Below are positions 62,766 to 64,000 of a stretch of 64,000 bases of DNA, piece by piece. The stretch covers positions 49,228,001 through 49,292,000 of the forward strand of contig NC_082714.1 of the NCBI RefSeq assembly GCF_030144855.1. Reading direction: 5' to 3'. A program made the translations under genes and the position numbers. Below the pieces are notes generated by a model. That model ran no database searches, was not told the DNA's origin, and was given only the letters and a program-made list of their open reading frames with translations. The DNA comes from Hypanus sabinus (lineage: Eukaryota). The first letter of the stretch is position 1; every line of letters starts with the position of its first letter.

Positions 62766-63239
62766 TAATGTGATTTTAACTTCACAAGGTTGATTTATTC
62801 ACTGTTTTTATTTATGTGCAGAACAAAGTTTTACTTCCCTATTTGAAACTATGCAGTCATTGTCCTCTCCCTGACAAAAGTTTGCTGCTCAATGGTTGTA
62901 TTTGAGTTACGTTATATACAAGGTAACTTCATCTATTTCTCCTTCAGCCTGCGATTGCACATAAAAGGGCAAGTGGCTTTGCCTGTAATTACCAGCTCTC
63001 CCGCGATCCACGCATTTAAAAATGTACTCGTGTATTACACCTGACAGAAACTGTCTTGGCATCCTCCTGCTAGGAGTGCTGTTTAAAAGGACCTATCTCC
63101 TGTGGGAAATATTCTTTACAACAGTCTGTTTTAGTCCTTCTGACCAACCGCCCTTTCCTGACCAACTTCACTACCTTTCCAGGAATGCTGTCTCACCACC
63201 ACCAACTCTCCCATTCATTGCAGTATCCACATTCAGAGT

Positions 63240-63825
63240 CTTACAGGAAATTAGCCGGAAAAAAAGGCCATTTGGGCCATCTGGTCCATACTGACCACAG
63301 CATTCTCCCTGCTAGTTCCTGCTTCCATGGTCAGCTTATAACCCTTCAAATGTCTCGCCTCCATGTACTTATCCAAATGCTTCTCAGATGCTGCATTTGT
63401 ACCGACCTTAACTACTCCCTCTGACAGCTCATTTCAGGCACTCACAAACGTTTGATTGAAGAAGTTACCTCTCAGGCCTCTTTTAAATCTCTCTTCTCAT
63501 ATCTTGTATCCCCTCTTGTTTTGGACTTCCCTACCTCGCAGAAAAGATGTATCCATCATTCCCTATCCATCTTATCCATACCTTTCATGATTTTATAAAC
63601 TTATGTGAGGTCACCCGTCATTCTCCTGCACTGAAGAGAATAAAGATCCAGTGTGGCTAACTTCTCCCTATAACTGTCACTCAGGCCCTCTAGTCCAGGC
63701 AGCATTCTCACACATCGCTTCTGCACCCTCTCGAACTTGACAAAATCTTTCCCATGGCAGGGTGACCAAAACTGTACACAATGCTCCAAGTGCAACCTCA
63801 CTAATAACTTACATGACTGCAACAA
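63240..63825 (-). mobile_element. CR1 LINE 3' part
   Basis: LVRLHLEHCVQFWSPCHGKD...SYREKLATLDLYSLQCRR. Confidence 0.85.
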
Positions 63826-64000
63826 ATTCAAAGCTTGAAGTTTAAAAATTCAAACTAAATTTATTATCAAAGTACACATATGTTACCATATACAGCCTTG
63901 AGTTTCATTTTCTTGCAGGCATTTACAGGAGAAAAGAAATACAATAGAATATAACAAAAAACTACATATCCCGATGCTTTGATTTCCAGATACTCTCTCG

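Noticed and set aside
1-64000. CRISPR arrays, rRNA, operons and other prokaryotic systems; remaining 60-100 aa ORFs
   Set aside because: The sequence is intron-rich vertebrate DNA with no repeat-spacer array or rRNA. The short ORFs are chance or TE debris.

Overview
Eukaryotic, AT-rich vertebrate genomic DNA. The repeat landscape (CR1, RTE, Rex1, Penelope-like elements, Tigger/hAT MITEs, tRNA-SINEs) suggests a cartilaginous fish, probably a ray (inference). Host genes: (1) first coding exon of a LUC7-family gene (minus, 874-934), head-to-head through a ZNF143/NRF1/ETS bidirectional promoter with (2) a complete FAM234A/ITFG3 CDS (11 coding exons, 9039-30122, 570 aa); (3) a complete COX6B gene (CpG island about 35.2-36.1 kb, CDS 37589-46091, 86 aa); (4) the probable 3' end of an unidentified minus-strand gene (49.5-61.2 kb). 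The main accessory features are an intact, very young Gypsy LTR retrotransposon of CsRn1/Kabuki type (4039-8253: identical LTRs, tRNA-Trp PBS, CHCC Gag, -1 frameshift heptamer plus pseudoknot) and a dispersed family of Penelope-derived minimal hammerhead-ribozyme units. Three units of that family are 110-210 bp inserts flanked by target-site duplications, and two intact ribozymes bracket a FAM234A exon in sense orientation. Assembly gap at 25220-25350. All homology calls are from recall and manual reading; no searches were run.
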